NCBI GenBank assembly: GCA_003614675.1
Contig: ML002276.1
Location: 1-49,598 of the forward strand
DNA: 49,598 bases
Origin: Dimargaris cristalligena
Lineage: Eukaryota
Reading direction: 5' to 3'
The translations under genes were made by a program, and so were the position numbers. Position 1 is the first letter of the stretch; every line of letters begins with the position of its first letter. Below the pieces are notes generated by a model. It saw only the letters and a program-made list of their open reading frames with translations. It had not been told where the DNA came from and searched no databases. Of this stretch, positions 10,728 through 24,667 are shown piece by piece.

Positions 10728-12137
10728 ATGGTCTCCCAAAAGCCCCAAGCAATAGCCAAGGCGGTAGGTTTTTCGTATATTTCTCACCACTACCATATCC
10801 CATGAATTCCCAGTAATAATTGATAGAGGCAGCTGTCGGGGAGTATCGGCAATGCCGCGTCTCCGTAGTGCGAACCAAGCGGTTTCCGTGGACGACTGTT
10901 TCCGATTGATTGTTTATTTACCCTGAATGTATCGCCCATTGTACTAATCTCGAAACCCGCCATTGCTTACAACCATATCCCACTGATGCCTCGAATCGCT
11001 GATTATTACAGAGCACTGCGCCTGCCAAGAAGCAGCGCCAGGTCAAGCCCGCCAAACCCAAGGCCAAACCAGCTGTTGCGGCCGAAGAAGAGTCCGATGC
11101 CGAGTCGCCATCCAGTGAACTGCCACCGGCCCCTAAGAATAAAGGCAAAAAGGGCAAGACTTTCGTTACGGACACCCAGGTACGTCTTCATCTGTGGGTT
11201 CACTTTCCCCCTCGGTCCCACATCTTTAGTGCTTCTTCACCCGATGTTCGACAGAAACGTTCAATCATCCAGCCCCTGCCTTGCTAACTACAGTTTTGCC
11301 TATGTACCCTACTCTTCTTCCCCTAGGTCATGCTGGATATGGTATCACAAATCACTAAGAAGGAGGATCTTAAATTAAAGACCCGGCTACTGAAACAGGT
11401 AAGTTTGGTGGTCCAAGCGAGAGCATATTGCTCTGACTTAGAATCGACTTAGTTTTACCGACCATTATGCCTGACCTCTAAATTGTCTCCTAACTAGCCA
11501 ACCGGTCTTTTCGTACCCCCCCCCATTAAACTTGCATTAATTAGAATACTCTCAAGAACCATATTGAGCAGATCGAACAGGAAAAGAAGACCAAAAAGGT
11601 GAAACAAACCTCCCAACTGGTAAGTAGCACCATTTTAGTTGACCCAGCCCATGTCCTTGGTAGTTATGCTTTGTGCCCATTAGTGGATAATAAGGGGATA
11701 TACCACCCTGGCATCGAACCGAATGCATTACTATAGTGAAGCTGGGATGACTGAACTATGGATAACCAACTCACTTACTAAATGATATCCCTACTCTTGG
11801 CGCCATTGCATGGTTAATTTATTGCAACAGGAACTGATCAAAGAGAAAATCCGCAACAAGCCCAAAGCGAAGCGGCTACAGCGCAAAGAACGACGTAAGG
11901 AGGTCGAAGCTCTGGTAAGTGCATGCGCCCAGCATTCGGGCATTGCTGCAAATGAAGCCTGGACGCATCTCAGATATTGTAAATGCTGATTTTTCTCTAT
12001 TATATTATGTACAACTAGCTACCCAACTATCGTGTAAAAACATGTATACTTATTATATTTATGGTCTACATACATTTCCTACCCTTCGCCATGTCCAGGC
12101 CAAAGCACCCCCCAAGAAATCCGTCCAGTTTGCGTAA
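10728..12137 (+). CDS. LOC1: 60S ribosomal subunit assembly/export protein Loc1-like; exons 10728-10763, 11012-11179, 11327-11398, 11545-11619, 11831-11914, 12099-12137; 157 aa
   Basis: Assembled from five GT-AG phase-0 introns: ...KNKGKKGKTFVTDTQ|VMLDMVSQITKKEDLKLKTRLLKQ|NTLKNHIEQIEQEKK...|ELIKEKIRNK...|AKAPPKKSVQFA*. The GKKGKxF..D core, basic coiled coil and KK.V.FA terminus resemble fungal Loc1. Confidence 0.8.
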
Positions 12138-12497
12138 AAATTGATCAAAAATCACTCGAGTTTCGATACCACCCGTGCATTTGGTTTTACACCGTGCTGA
12201 ATTCCCAAACTTTGTTTTATTTGCAGAGGGACATGTTACAATAAACTAGAAGTGCCAATGTAGCGAAGTATAAAAAGTAGCGGAAAACATTCCGCGACAG
12301 TACATGTTAACAATAATTATCAATAAGAGTGAACGAAAAAAAAAAAAACAGATTAAGAAGCACGAGAAATAGAGGTCAAATAGGGCGAAATAGCGAATTG
12401 AAAAGGACAGGGGAAGCAACTAGGATATGCCAAATAGAAATGAATACTATATATAAAGCTGTCAAATACCAGAAAAAGTAATGGGCAAAAGGTATTT

Positions 12498-15400
12498 CTA
12501 TTCAGTAACCATATCCGATGTTGACGACACCGTTGGCTGGGGTTCCTGCCTGATAGCGGGGGAATCGGAAGCTGGTGCCGGGTTAGCGGTAGTTTTTGGG
12601 GCGGACTGTCCGGCATCAGCCGGCGGACTCTGGCCGGGGGTTGCGGACTGGGGGGTGTTGGTGGCCTGCAGTTCGGCCATGGTCTTGCGCATCTGCAGGC
12701 GTTCCTGAACCAGACGTAGGCGTTCATTTTCGAGTTCCTGCTGCTGGTTCCGCACGAGGGTTTCGAGGTCTTCGAACTCACGCATTTTGAGTTCCATCTT
12801 CTTGAGCTGTAGTTCAATGGCCTGGTGCACCAGGGTTTCAATTTGCCGGTCTTCGTAGTTGGCGAGAACCTGGGCTTTGCTGGCCGCCGCACCCAGCGCA
12901 GCAGTCGAGGCTCGGGTGAGAGCATCCTGGGTGAAGCCGGGGGCCGCCCCGTCCGTGGTGGATGTCTCCTTCTCGCCTGGCGGGGGCTGGGTCGAGGTGG
13001 TCTCGGATTGGCCCGGCTCTTTGGTCTCGCCATCGGCAGTCGTATCCATAGCCGTGTCACCACCACCAGCCACCGGGGCCTCTTTAGAGTCAGTGGAGGA
13101 TTTGGCCTTTTTATTGGAGGCCGCCTCCTCGGCCAACTGTTTGAGGGCGGACTGGGCCGCCGCTGCCGCTACACCGGGATTGACATTGGAGGCTAAAAAG
13201 GCCACCACTGACATGACAGGGTTGTTGGCCTGGCTAAAGGGCAGATTATGTTGGTATTGGAGCGGACCCAGCTGGGCCATGGAGGTTTCCAGGTATGGAT
13301 CCTCGATGGGGAGCTGAAGGAAATGGCTGATACACTGTTCCCGGGTGCGGGTACCGACGTGGTCGGCAATACGGAACCAGTCGTGGTCGAACATTTCGAT
13401 ACCTTCCAAGAGAAGGAGGGTTTCCTGGTCCGTCCAGCGGTCGGCCTGGGTCTGCTTCAGCGGGGTGGCTTCCAGTTTCACGAAATCACCGCTGTACATG
13501 GATGAGGGGAACCGCCCCTCTAGGTAGCAGGGGCTACAAAGGTCAATCTTCTTGACCTTGAGGCAGTGGTAACGCACCTTGGTACAGTCCACTCCACAGG
13601 TGAAACAGTGGTAACGGGCGGAGGGGGCAGATCCACTCTCGGGGGCTGGCTTATCGGCCGAGACCCCGCCGTCGTAGGCATGTTTGCGCAGGGTCAGGTT
13701 GGTATTTGGCGAAAGGACAGGTTTGGCGGCGGTGGTAGAGGCAGCCGAGGTGGGGGTGACCCGGCCGTTGGCGGTCGGGACATGCGGGAGGAATGGCTGA
13801 AGACCACGAGGGGTATCGGCTGTAACCCGGAAGTGGCCCGTGAATGGAGGGCCCACCACGGAGGGACGGGTATCCGGATCAACTTGGTAGTTAATCAGGC
13901 CCCACTGCTCGAGGAAAGCATGAACCCGCATGATGGCACAGACATCGCCGGCCAGGTTCCGGCGACAGGCGGTCACGGTGAGGTATTCGGTAGGGTTCAG
14001 TCGGTAGGTATTAATCATAAAGTCGCGGTAGTCCTTGTAGACGGACGGGGTTTTGGACCGATTGCGGCCATTGAAGAATTCAGGCAGTCCGCGCTTTTCG
14101 TTAATATGGATACCGTCCATGGTAAACCACGCCGAGTAGCTGGGGATAATGACCTCATAGGTCTGCTGGGCCAAGTAAGACTGGGCGCGGTCCTGAATCT
14201 CCTTCTGCGAGAGAGCGGCGGGAATGGGGGCGGTGGGACGGTCCGAAGCAGCGGCAGGGGCTTCATCAGTGGGCTCGCCGGGAGCAGTCTCGGCCAGTTC
14301 GTTGATGGCCGCCACCTCCGTATCCATCATATCGGCGTTTTCGGCCACAACGGCCAAGGTCTCGGCCTGGCTATCCAACTCGGCTTCGCTGGGCTGACCG
14401 GCCGCCGGGTGGGCTACGCGTAATGTGGATTCGGTCTGGGAGATATTGGCGATATCGCCCGTGGGTAAGGGCTCAAATTCAGTACGCCGTCCGGGAGCCG
14501 CGGCCTTGGCCTCGGGATCGTCGAGATTATAGGCGGTCAAATTGGGGTGGTGTCCGGCGGCCTCACTTGGGGAAGGGTCGACATCTAACCGCTGCCGCTT
14601 ATCCGAATCGCCTTCGGTGGGAACGGGGTATTTCCGCTTGGTTCCCGAGGCTAATGCGGCAGGGGTCGACTCGAAATCTTCGGGATTCAGCCATTCGTTG
14701 TACTGGGCACTACCGGTAACCCATTCTTTGGTCACCGACATGGGTCCGCTGGGCGGATTGTGTTCCACGCTATCAACGGCAAAAGCCGATGACTCGGGCT
14801 TCCAGGTATCGCAGGAATCGGGGAGGGTGACCCAATGGACAAGCACTCGCCCAGCGAAGCGGGTAACAGGCCGGAAAAAGCGCGGGTGCTGGGGATCGGC
14901 CAGCCCTGAGGTTTCGGAGGAATTGATTAGGTACATGGGGTTGTCGGACCGGTCCACCACCGTACCCTTGAGCTTCTGGACCAGCGGAATCAGGGCGTCC
15001 TGCGTAGCGGGATCCACATCCGGGGCAAAGGCCACCCGGGGAGGCTGGAAGCGGGGCAGGGCTGTGAGGGCAGAGTAGAGGGAGTTGAAAAGGGCGTAGA
15101 GTTCGGCGGCCGGGTAGTTGGACGGCGAAAGACTGCCCAGGGCAAACACTTCATAACCCTTGTCGTGTAAGAATCGCAGAGCAGTCAGGAGCACAATCAA
15201 TAGAGGGGACTCTTGCTCAAAGGTTGGTGATGTGGGGTTCGCATGCAGGAGATGGTCCAAGATAGGCGCCCAGGGCAATTTGGGGGACCAGGCCAAATGT
15301 TGGCCCGATGAGCGGTAGTGCTCCAGGGTAGCTTGGGGGCCAAGCAGCTGTTCCTGGGTGGTCCAGAGGTCGGCGGCCAGATTGGCCAATGCGGTTGTGG

Positions 15401-15542
15401 TGGGGGGAGGGGACGCGGCAGCGGTTAGCCACGGTAATTGGCGAAGCAGGGCCGCGTGGATGGGCTCAAGGCGAGAAAGCAGGTCGGGACTTGACCAGAA
15501 GCTGCGGTCGGTAGCGACCGGCGGGCCGCTGAGGTTGGCCAT
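12498..15542 (-). CDS. SWI/SNF-RSC scaffold subunit (SWI3/RSC8/SMARCC family), 1014 aa, intronless
   Basis: SWIRM (IIPSYSAWF...YRDFMINTYRLNPTEYLTVTACRRNLAGDVCAIMRVHAFLEQWGLINYQ), ZZ finger (CFTCGVDC...CSPCY), SANT (WTDQETLLLLEGIEMF...ECISHFLQLPIED-like), SWIRM-associated PFSQANNPVMSVVAFLAS and C-terminal leucine zipper; first ATG at 15542. Confidence 0.95.
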   Translation of the reverse strand: MANLSGPPVATDRSFWSSPDLLSRLEPIHAALLRQLPWLTAAASPPPTTTALANLAADLWTTQEQLLGPQATLEHYRSSGQHLAWSPKLPWAPILDHLLHANPTSPTFEQESPLLIVLLTALRFLHDKGYEVFALGSLSPSNYPAAELYALFNSLYSALTALPRFQPPRVAFAPDVDPATQDALIPLVQKLKGTVVDRSDNPMYLINSSETSGLADPQHPRFFRPVTRFAGRVLVHWVTLPDSCDTWKPESSAFAVDSVEHNPPSGPMSVTKEWVTGSAQYNEWLNPEDFESTPAALASGTKRKYPVPTEGDSDKRQRLDVDPSPSEAAGHHPNLTAYNLDDPEAKAAAPGRRTEFEPLPTGDIANISQTESTLRVAHPAAGQPSEAELDSQAETLAVVAENADMMDTEVAAINELAETAPGEPTDEAPAAASDRPTAPIPAALSQKEIQDRAQSYLAQQTYEVIIPSYSAWFTMDGIHINEKRGLPEFFNGRNRSKTPSVYKDYRDFMINTYRLNPTEYLTVTACRRNLAGDVCAIMRVHAFLEQWGLINYQVDPDTRPSVVGPPFTGHFRVTADTPRGLQPFLPHVPTANGRVTPTSAASTTAAKPVLSPNTNLTLRKHAYDGGVSADKPAPESGSAPSARYHCFTCGVDCTKVRYHCLKVKKIDLCSPCYLEGRFPSSMYSGDFVKLEATPLKQTQADRWTDQETLLLLEGIEMFDHDWFRIADHVGTRTREQCISHFLQLPIEDPYLETSMAQLGPLQYQHNLPFSQANNPVMSVVAFLASNVNPGVAAAAAQSALKQLAEEAASNKKAKSSTDSKEAPVAGGGDTAMDTTADGETKEPGQSETTSTQPPPGEKETSTTDGAAPGFTQDALTRASTAALGAAASKAQVLANYEDRQIETLVHQAIELQLKKMELKMREFEDLETLVRNQQQELENERLRLVQERLQMRKTMAELQATNTPQSATPGQSPPADAGQSAPKTTANPAPASDSPAIRQEPQPTVSSTSDMVTE

Positions 15543-16264
15543 GACGCGATCCGATGGAGATGGGAGGCAGAGAAGAATAAAGGAGGAGGAGGAGGATAGT
15601 GTAAAAGAACTGCAGCGGATCAACGCGAGCGAGAGGAGGCAAAGGGGTAGAGGTACTGTCAATAAATAAACTGGGCAGATGGAAACAAGGAAAACAAAAG
15701 GGTTGGTTCAAATGGAATAGATCCAAGCACGCGTACACCAGTCTCCGCATGGCTTGGGTTGGCTAGACACTGCGACAGGGCCAAAAAACGGGGGAAGTGG
15801 TATGTGACACGCGCGTATTAGCTACCAAATGCCACCCTATAATACATAGGGCTCCAGGTTAGAGAAGGGGGGGGGGGAGCAAGCGGCCCCTGACCAAGCC
15901 CCATTCAAAGAAACCATAGTGCGAGGCTCTGGTAATATAGTGCGGGCCCCCTTCCCTCTCCAGTCTCTCTCGCTTCACCCCCGTCAGCAGGCGTTGACGG
16001 GCACTGCTCCCTCTTAAACCCACAACAACTACGCATATAGCCCGCAACTTCAGAACAACCTTACCCACTACTCACACACACACTCTCCCCCCAAAAAATT
16101 ACTTACTGCTTCGCTATTCGTCTAGCTCCCCCCCGGCCTTCTCAAAAATAGAAAGAGCCACGCCCACTCTTACGGCACCCATCCTGGTTACTACTCCTCT
16201 TTACGCTTGTCCTCTCTATGTTCTACCTTGCTCAAGGAATTCCTGCCATCCAACTGCTGCTAGA

Positions 16265-19250
16265 ATGCCCCACCATGTCGACTCCTCTTCCTCCTGGTTC
16301 GAAATCGCCGACGGCCAGTCCAGCAAGAGCGTCTTCGTTAATTTGGTACGTCAAACGCCCCAGTCTCCGCTCGTCCCCAATGACTCAATGGGAGAATTGA
16401 CTAACCCTGTTCCATCTCTCTCCGTGTTCCCCATGTATTACCACTCCCACTTACCTCTGGTCCGGCCATGCAGTTAACCGGCGAATGCAACATCGACCTT
16501 CCCCCAGGCGCCCAACTGTAAGTGCTCTGTCCTACCTACAGTGGTTTGCGCTTGCGTCAAACCTGCATATTTACCCAGCGGTCCCTGATACCTGTCTCGC
16601 ACTAACCAATCCGTACCCTCTTGCATGGCCTATGGTTCTACTTTGATTACAATTGCACCACCATAGTCAACCCCGCGACCCCGAGGGCGAATGGTGGGAG
16701 CTGTTTGACGACCGCCATGGACTCCCCTATTACTACCACGCTAGCACGGCTAAGACCGTGTGGCACAAACCGGACTACGCAACCATTATCCCCCTGTCCC
16801 TCCTTCAAGTAAGTCTGCGATCCTGGCTATTCCATGTGCCCTGAGTTAACTGCCTCCGTTACTGCGGCCTTGGCTTATATAGTCCCCCAGGCCCACTTGG
16901 GTTCCACACTCAGGGTTTTTGTTACACCATATTTACACTCTTGAACATATGGTCATGTACGGAATGTTAGGTTGATTTCCATACATTTGCACCTTGGTAC
17001 TAACTTCATACTGTTCGGTGTCATCCTTTGCCACCTGATTCCTTGAATCGATTCATACCGGAATCCGAAAAACCGCTTTAGCGCACTGTACTTGGTCAAA
17101 GAGTCTCCGTTGCGCTTTCCAACCGGGCATCGTTCTATCTCATAGAGGAAGCCAGCCAGTCTGTCGAATCACAGCACTCGGGCCAAGTCCAAGACCTCTA
17201 CAGACGAGTGGATTCTGCCGTTGATGAACAACGGACCGCCACAACCCAATCTAGCCCAGCCTCCCCACCTTCATCACCTACGGTGGCGCCAATCCCCACA
17301 TCAGATACCTCCCCATCCTCGGTAGTCGATGAGCCCGTCGAATACGGTATCTCGGTTCGTCCCGTGGCCGAGGCCCCTCTCAAGTCAGCAGATCCCCTAC
17401 CACAGGGCGATAACACCCAGTACGACATTATTCTTAGATCAACCTTCTCAGGGCTTGACAATAGCGTGGAATCGTTTTCCGCTGCCGTCGATCCATCTGC
17501 ATCTGCACCTGCCCCTGCACCGCGTCCCATAGCCCAATCAATGACCACTCCCCCACGAATAAAACCCACCCGCTCGCTGACTACACCTGCGTCGGCCCCC
17601 TCGGCCCGGCCACTCCCTACACCGCCTTCCGCTTCTGAAACCCCCAAGGCCAACCCCCTCCGCGCCCAGAAATCCCTAGATTCTCTGACCCTCAGTCGCA
17701 CCGCCGGCCAACGTCCGCCCACTAGTAGTGATGCTTCTAGACCTTTCCCCCAGAAACGCAAGAGCTTCTTGACTCTCTGCAATATTGAGCTCCGGCCGGA
17801 CAGTGTAGTATCCATCTCCACCATGGCCTCCGAGGTCACGAATAATGATGCCACTTCACCTGGCTGGGAACAATCCGCCGCCTCCCTCAACCCCCGCCGT
17901 ACCTCCTACTTCTTGACTTCCCAGGGCCGTATCACCCGGAGCATGTCGCAAATCATCCAATCCACGCCGAGTCTGTTGGTGTCTATTCCGCCCATAGTAG
18001 GCAAACAGACCAGCAGCTCACCCACCATCTACCGCCACACGGTTCCCGACGAACTCAAGAGCGATACCAGCCGTTTCCGCATTGACAGTTTCGCCCGGAC
18101 GTACTTCGCCACCCATAAGCGGGGTCTGTTCCGTCGCAAGGTTCCTCTGAAAGACATGCTCCGCTTTTCACCCAATTCCCTGCATAAACCCCTCATCAGA
18201 CTGGCCAAGGACTACCGCCGGGATGCCCTCAAATGTTTCAAAGTGATCCAACGGGTCATGGGTGACCGGAACCGGAGTGCCACCGCCGCAGACGATACCG
18301 ATATACAGTGGCTACTCGACCGGGCCATCGGCACAGCCCCCCTGCGGGACGAAATTTATGTCCAGCTATGTAAGCAGCTCACCGGCAACCCCCGTCCCGA
18401 AAGCATCTTCCGGGGCTGGCTTTTGGCCTGTGTGGTGGTCCAGTTCTTTCCACCTACGACTCATTTTGAGGATTATTTAAAATCGTTTATACAACTCCAC
18501 TTCGACTCTGAATTGCAACGCATCGATGTACTGTCCCGGTTTACCTTTATGAAACTGCAGAAGTCCATTCGCCAGGGGCCCATGTCCAAGACCCCGTCTA
18601 TCCGGGAAATCAGCCACGCCAAACAAGCCCCCTTCTGCCCCTCAATCTTTGGGGAGTCCCTTGATTTCATCATGCAGAACGCCGAAGCCGTCGACACGGA
18701 ATTGGGTATTCCCCGCATTCTTACGTTCCTGACTGATATTATCCTCCAGCTTAATGGACCCAAGTCCGAAGGTATTTTTCGTATTCCGGGGGATGTGGAC
18801 CAGGTCAACCGCTTGCGGCACCGCCTTGACACAGGGGACTACACCCCACCCGCCGAGATCTCTGACCCGAATATCCCCGCCTCATTATTCAAGCTTTGGC
18901 TACGGGATCTGCACGACCCTCTGATCCCCGGGCAGTTCTACCACCATTGCGTCAACAGCCCCCAGGACCCCGACGAGATTCTCAAGATTATGACCAATAT
19001 CAAGGGCATCCGCCTGCGAGTGGCTGACTACGTTATTCAGTTCCTCCAGGTTTTTGCCCAGCCGGAAAACTCGCGGTTATCCAAGATGAACATATCCAAC
19101 TTGGCGGTGGTATTTGCCCCCATCTTCCTACGCTGCCCCTCCAATAACCTGAAGCAGGCCGTCGTCAACTCCCAGTCGGAGCAACTTTTTGTTAAAAACT
19201 TGCTTCGGGCCTGGAAGGGGATTGAAATCGAGGCCAATAATAAGATATAG
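16265..19250 (+). CDS. WW-WW-MyTH4-RhoGAP protein (ARHGAP39/Vilse-like); exons 16265-16345, 16474-16517, 16667-16808, 17082-19250; 811 aa
   Basis: Spliced WW1 WFEIADGQSSKSVFVNL|LTGEC and WW2 WWELFDDRHGLPYYYHASTAKTVWHKP; MyTH4 (HKRGLFRRK, FKVIQRVMGDR, LRDEIYVQLCKQLT); RhoGAP (EGIFRIPG arginine finger, ASLFKLWLRDL, KMNISNLAVVFAP). Confidence 0.9.
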
Positions 19251-19415
19251 TCGTGGGGGTCGATTCGGAAAATCATCTACGTAACTAACCCTCTAAAGTT
19301 GTTTTACTCACGATAATATCGACGTTTATCTGGGCCGCTGGCCAATGTTATATCCATCTAATGACGTACCCCCCACTCTACTTACTCCTAATGTCTCTTA
19401 CTGGGTGGGGATCGA

Positions 19416-19418
<3 letters not shown>

Positions 19419-19460
<42 letters not shown>
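19419..19460. repeat. (CT)n microsatellite
   Basis: About 21 perfect CT units. Confidence 0.95.
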
Positions 19461-19461
<1 letters not shown>

Positions 19462-19932
19462 ATGTATTCGGTGTCTTAATTTAGCTGCTACTCATAATTA
19501 CGGGTGCTCGGTTGAAATGCGGTTTGGGGAGAAGTTGAATGTACTGCAATGCCCACTATACTATTATAGCGACTCCATTGCGAGTCTCGAAAGTTTTCTT
19601 GTCTAAATAATACCAACTATTGTTTAAATGTCCTTTTTATCTTTTTTAAGTTTTCCCATTTATACGTATTCGTTGTTTTTATTAAAGTAACATGCTCGGT
19701 TAATTCCCATTTCTGGATCCGCTGGAGTCCGCCACCTATTCTGGTATTTTTCAAGCCACCCAATAGGTTAGCAAAGCTGTTCACTCGGCTTGGCAAAGGT
19801 TCGGCGAAGAGTGACGTAGCACCCTTTATTTAGATACGAAGGCCGATGATCCTTCTGGGGCCAAGGTGCAACCGCGTGTATTCCCCGCTGGATAAAGGGT
19901 GCCAGTTACCCAAACGATGACCGAAGCAGCGG

Positions 19933-19940
19933 TGACGTCA
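19933..19940. promoter_or_regulatory. CRE (TGACGTCA), ATF/CREB bZIP site upstream of HOG1
   Basis: Perfect palindromic CRE; a second copy lies at 20422-20429. Confidence 0.5.
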
Positions 19941-20421
19941 TGTTTAATCATGGGCACTGCACAGCTTGGGGATTGGGGCGGAATGGGTAAGGGGAATTGA
20001 TTGGGTAATTCATTTCATTAGGCCCAGGACAAAATCGACGAATTGCTGAAGTATCCCGTACTGCAACAGACGGCGATACGCAAAAAAAGGATGTCCCGAT
20101 TTCACTAGTCTTTACCATTGTAGCTACCTAGTTGGAATGTGATACTTTGACAGTTTTCGCCTAAACTGAGTAGTGTTTAACTCCTATATCAACCACCAAT
20201 AGTCGGGTGGTAAGGCCTGGCGAACTTTTGGCATTGGTAGACTCCACCACCACACTCTTCTTGTTTCATGGTGGTGGTGGGTCTTGGTGATGATGGTTTA
20301 ATGTAATCATCATTGGTGATTGGCTTATGCGCTAACCAAGAAGAGAAGAAAGCCCTCCCCCGCTTTTCTCGCCTCCCCCCATGCAATAATCATTAGAGGT
20401 TACGGGGGGCGGTTGGGATAA

Positions 20422-20429
20422 TGACGTCA
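20422..20429. promoter_or_regulatory. CRE (TGACGTCA) upstream of HOG1
   Basis: ATGACGTCAC about 770 nt upstream of the HOG1 ATG. Confidence 0.5.
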
Positions 20430-21195
20430 CTGCAGGGTATAGACTAAAAACGGAATGAGATTCCACTAATCTTTAATAACAGGATGAGGTAAATTTTCGA
20501 CTATTACCATGTGTTGCTTCAACTCAATGTTTTTAAGCCAGTTTTGCTTACCGTTCCCAGTGTATCCAATAACGTGGTCCCATTCTATTGTGCCGGAGTA
20601 ATTGTGCTAATCGCATAGTTGTTTCCTAGGCCCCACCAGTTCATCAACGATGTCGTGTTGGGCATCGTCTTCGGTATGTATGGGGCACGGGATGTGAGTA
20701 GCTTTAAAATGGGCCAAGGGTTCATAAAGGAGGGAGGGGGAACCAGGACGATGAGGAAACGAGATTGCTAGAACCTGAGATGTATGTATGCACGCGCATA
20801 CAAGTATATGCATATGTAGTCTTTATCGAAAAGGTTGAATGGCTCTGGCAACGGGGGAGAGACATCGAGAGGGCGCCTCCCCCTTCCCCATTCTATTTAA
20901 ACCCGTGGTTTCGCTGACCCCTGTGACTCCTGTGTACACTCTTGCATCATACCTTCTCCCACCTTTACTTCTCCCTCTCTCCCACCTTTTCTGCCTCTCG
21001 TCCTCCAGCAATATACTTCAGTTTCTTACCCTCGTGTCCATTGCTTGTACCTTCTCTTCTTTAGTCCCTTACCTCCCCCATTTGCATCCTGCCCTTTTTA
21101 CCCATTAGCGTCCCCCTGTACTCGCTCGCTGGCCCTGATTACTTTCGTCTCTACAGCACGGCACCTCTCTCTTCTTTCCCGGTGTACTTTTAACT

Positions 21196-22931
<1,736 letters not shown>

Positions 22932-23616
22932 TACCGAGTTGGACTTATTATTATTTGATTGTTCTCTCTTTTCCACGAACTTCTATCCTTGATTGATACT
23001 AGTATACGATAATACTCAAGAGCCGAATCCCTTGCGGGGGATTCTCAATGTACACCTGCTTTATAGTCTTGGGGGGGTACAACACCCCCCGTACCCTCTG
23101 TGTGATAATAAACTATTGCTTTCTGCACGTATTAAATTGGTGCTGGTGATGAGGTACTGCCCATAATTATTCGCTGTTGTTGATTATTGAACTGGACTGG
23201 TTTAAATAATGAGCGGTGTTTTTTATATGTATATTGATCTGACACGGCCACTTCCAAGCCTTTCTCACTGGCTAGTAAAGCACGCTTATAAACTCAACGC
23301 CACCTTCCCGTTCCTCAACTTCGGATGATGTAACCAGTGAGTGAGGTTTAGGTAGGTCTCTTTAGTGATATTTGGAATGAACCAGCAGAACTCGGGCCCT
23401 GGCAAAATAAAAATCGACCCACTTTGTCCCCAACAGCACCTCTATTTCTACTATTACCACACTTATTCTGTCTGGAAACAAACAGTGAATTTCTTTTGAA
23501 CTTTTATATACCGCTTTTACCTTCCCATTTCCCACTTACCGCAGAGCTCATTCTCATTCCGCTAGTCAAATCCGTACTGTCTTTCTGTTTTTGTATTTTT
23601 CTTCCACAATATCAAC

Positions 23617-24667
23617 ATGGCACCGAATCCAGTCGTATTTTTCGATATTGCCATTGGCGGCCAGGCGGCCGGACGTATCAAGATGGAACTGTTCGCGGAC
23701 AAGGTCCCCAAGACGGCGGAGAATTTCCGACAGCTGTGCACGGGGGAATTCAAAGTGGACGGGGTGCCCCAGGGCTACAAGAACTGCACCTTCCACCGGG
23801 TGATTAAGGACTTTATGGTGCAAGGGGGGGATTTCCTCAACGGCGACGGCACGGGGCGGATGAGCATCTACGGGGATTCGTTTGCCGACGAGAATTTCGA
23901 ACAGAAGCATACCGGACCGGGGCTGTTGTCGATGGTAAGCGGGCTTTGGTAGTCTAGGAAATGGGTGGGTCACGGTGACTCTAAAGGCTTACTTGACACT
24001 ATCGATTGTAATGGAAACATGCCTGGGCCTGTCCACGATAACCCGGTATTGCATGAATAGTTGGCGGTCCAAAAGACGAACTTTTTTTTTTAGGAATGTT
24101 ATCAACAACCACTAACCTCTGGCTTACTAGGACGAGTCTCTCTAACATTACTATGATTGTTTAATATTTGTGTCTATATCTATATATATTAATAATGTGC
24201 GCCAACTACGCCGACTCCTTTATCTTCGGGTCCAACAGGCCAACAGTGGACCAAATACCAATGGTTGTCAGGTAAGCAGGTCATTTACATCTACGAAACA
24301 AACGGAATTGGTCTGTATGCACCCACTCCTCGATTCTAATTGACGGTAGCTCTCTCGCTTATCCATAAACGTTTCGCTGCTATATTACTGTTTTCTGTAC
24401 AGGAGTTGAGAGGAAATTGTTGCTTTATGATTTGAGTATTTTTACTAATAGACCAAATTCTGCTACTGATACATACATCTATATATTGGACCGGCCCACC
24501 AGTTCTTCATTACCTGCGCCCAATGTGACTTTTTGGATGGCAAGCACGTCGTGTTTGGTAAATTAGTTGACGGCCTGCTGACCCTGCGCCGCATTGAAAA
24601 TGTGCCAACCGGGCCAGGCAATCGCCCGAAGCTATCCGTCACCATCACCGAATGCGGTGAGATGTAG
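23617..24667 (+). CDS. PPIH: Peptidyl-prolyl isomerase, cyclophilin H (snRNP-associated); exons 23617-23934, 24239-24271, 24503-24667; 171 aa
   Basis: [116 protein letters not shown] and IENVPTG are typical of CypH. Confidence 0.92.
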
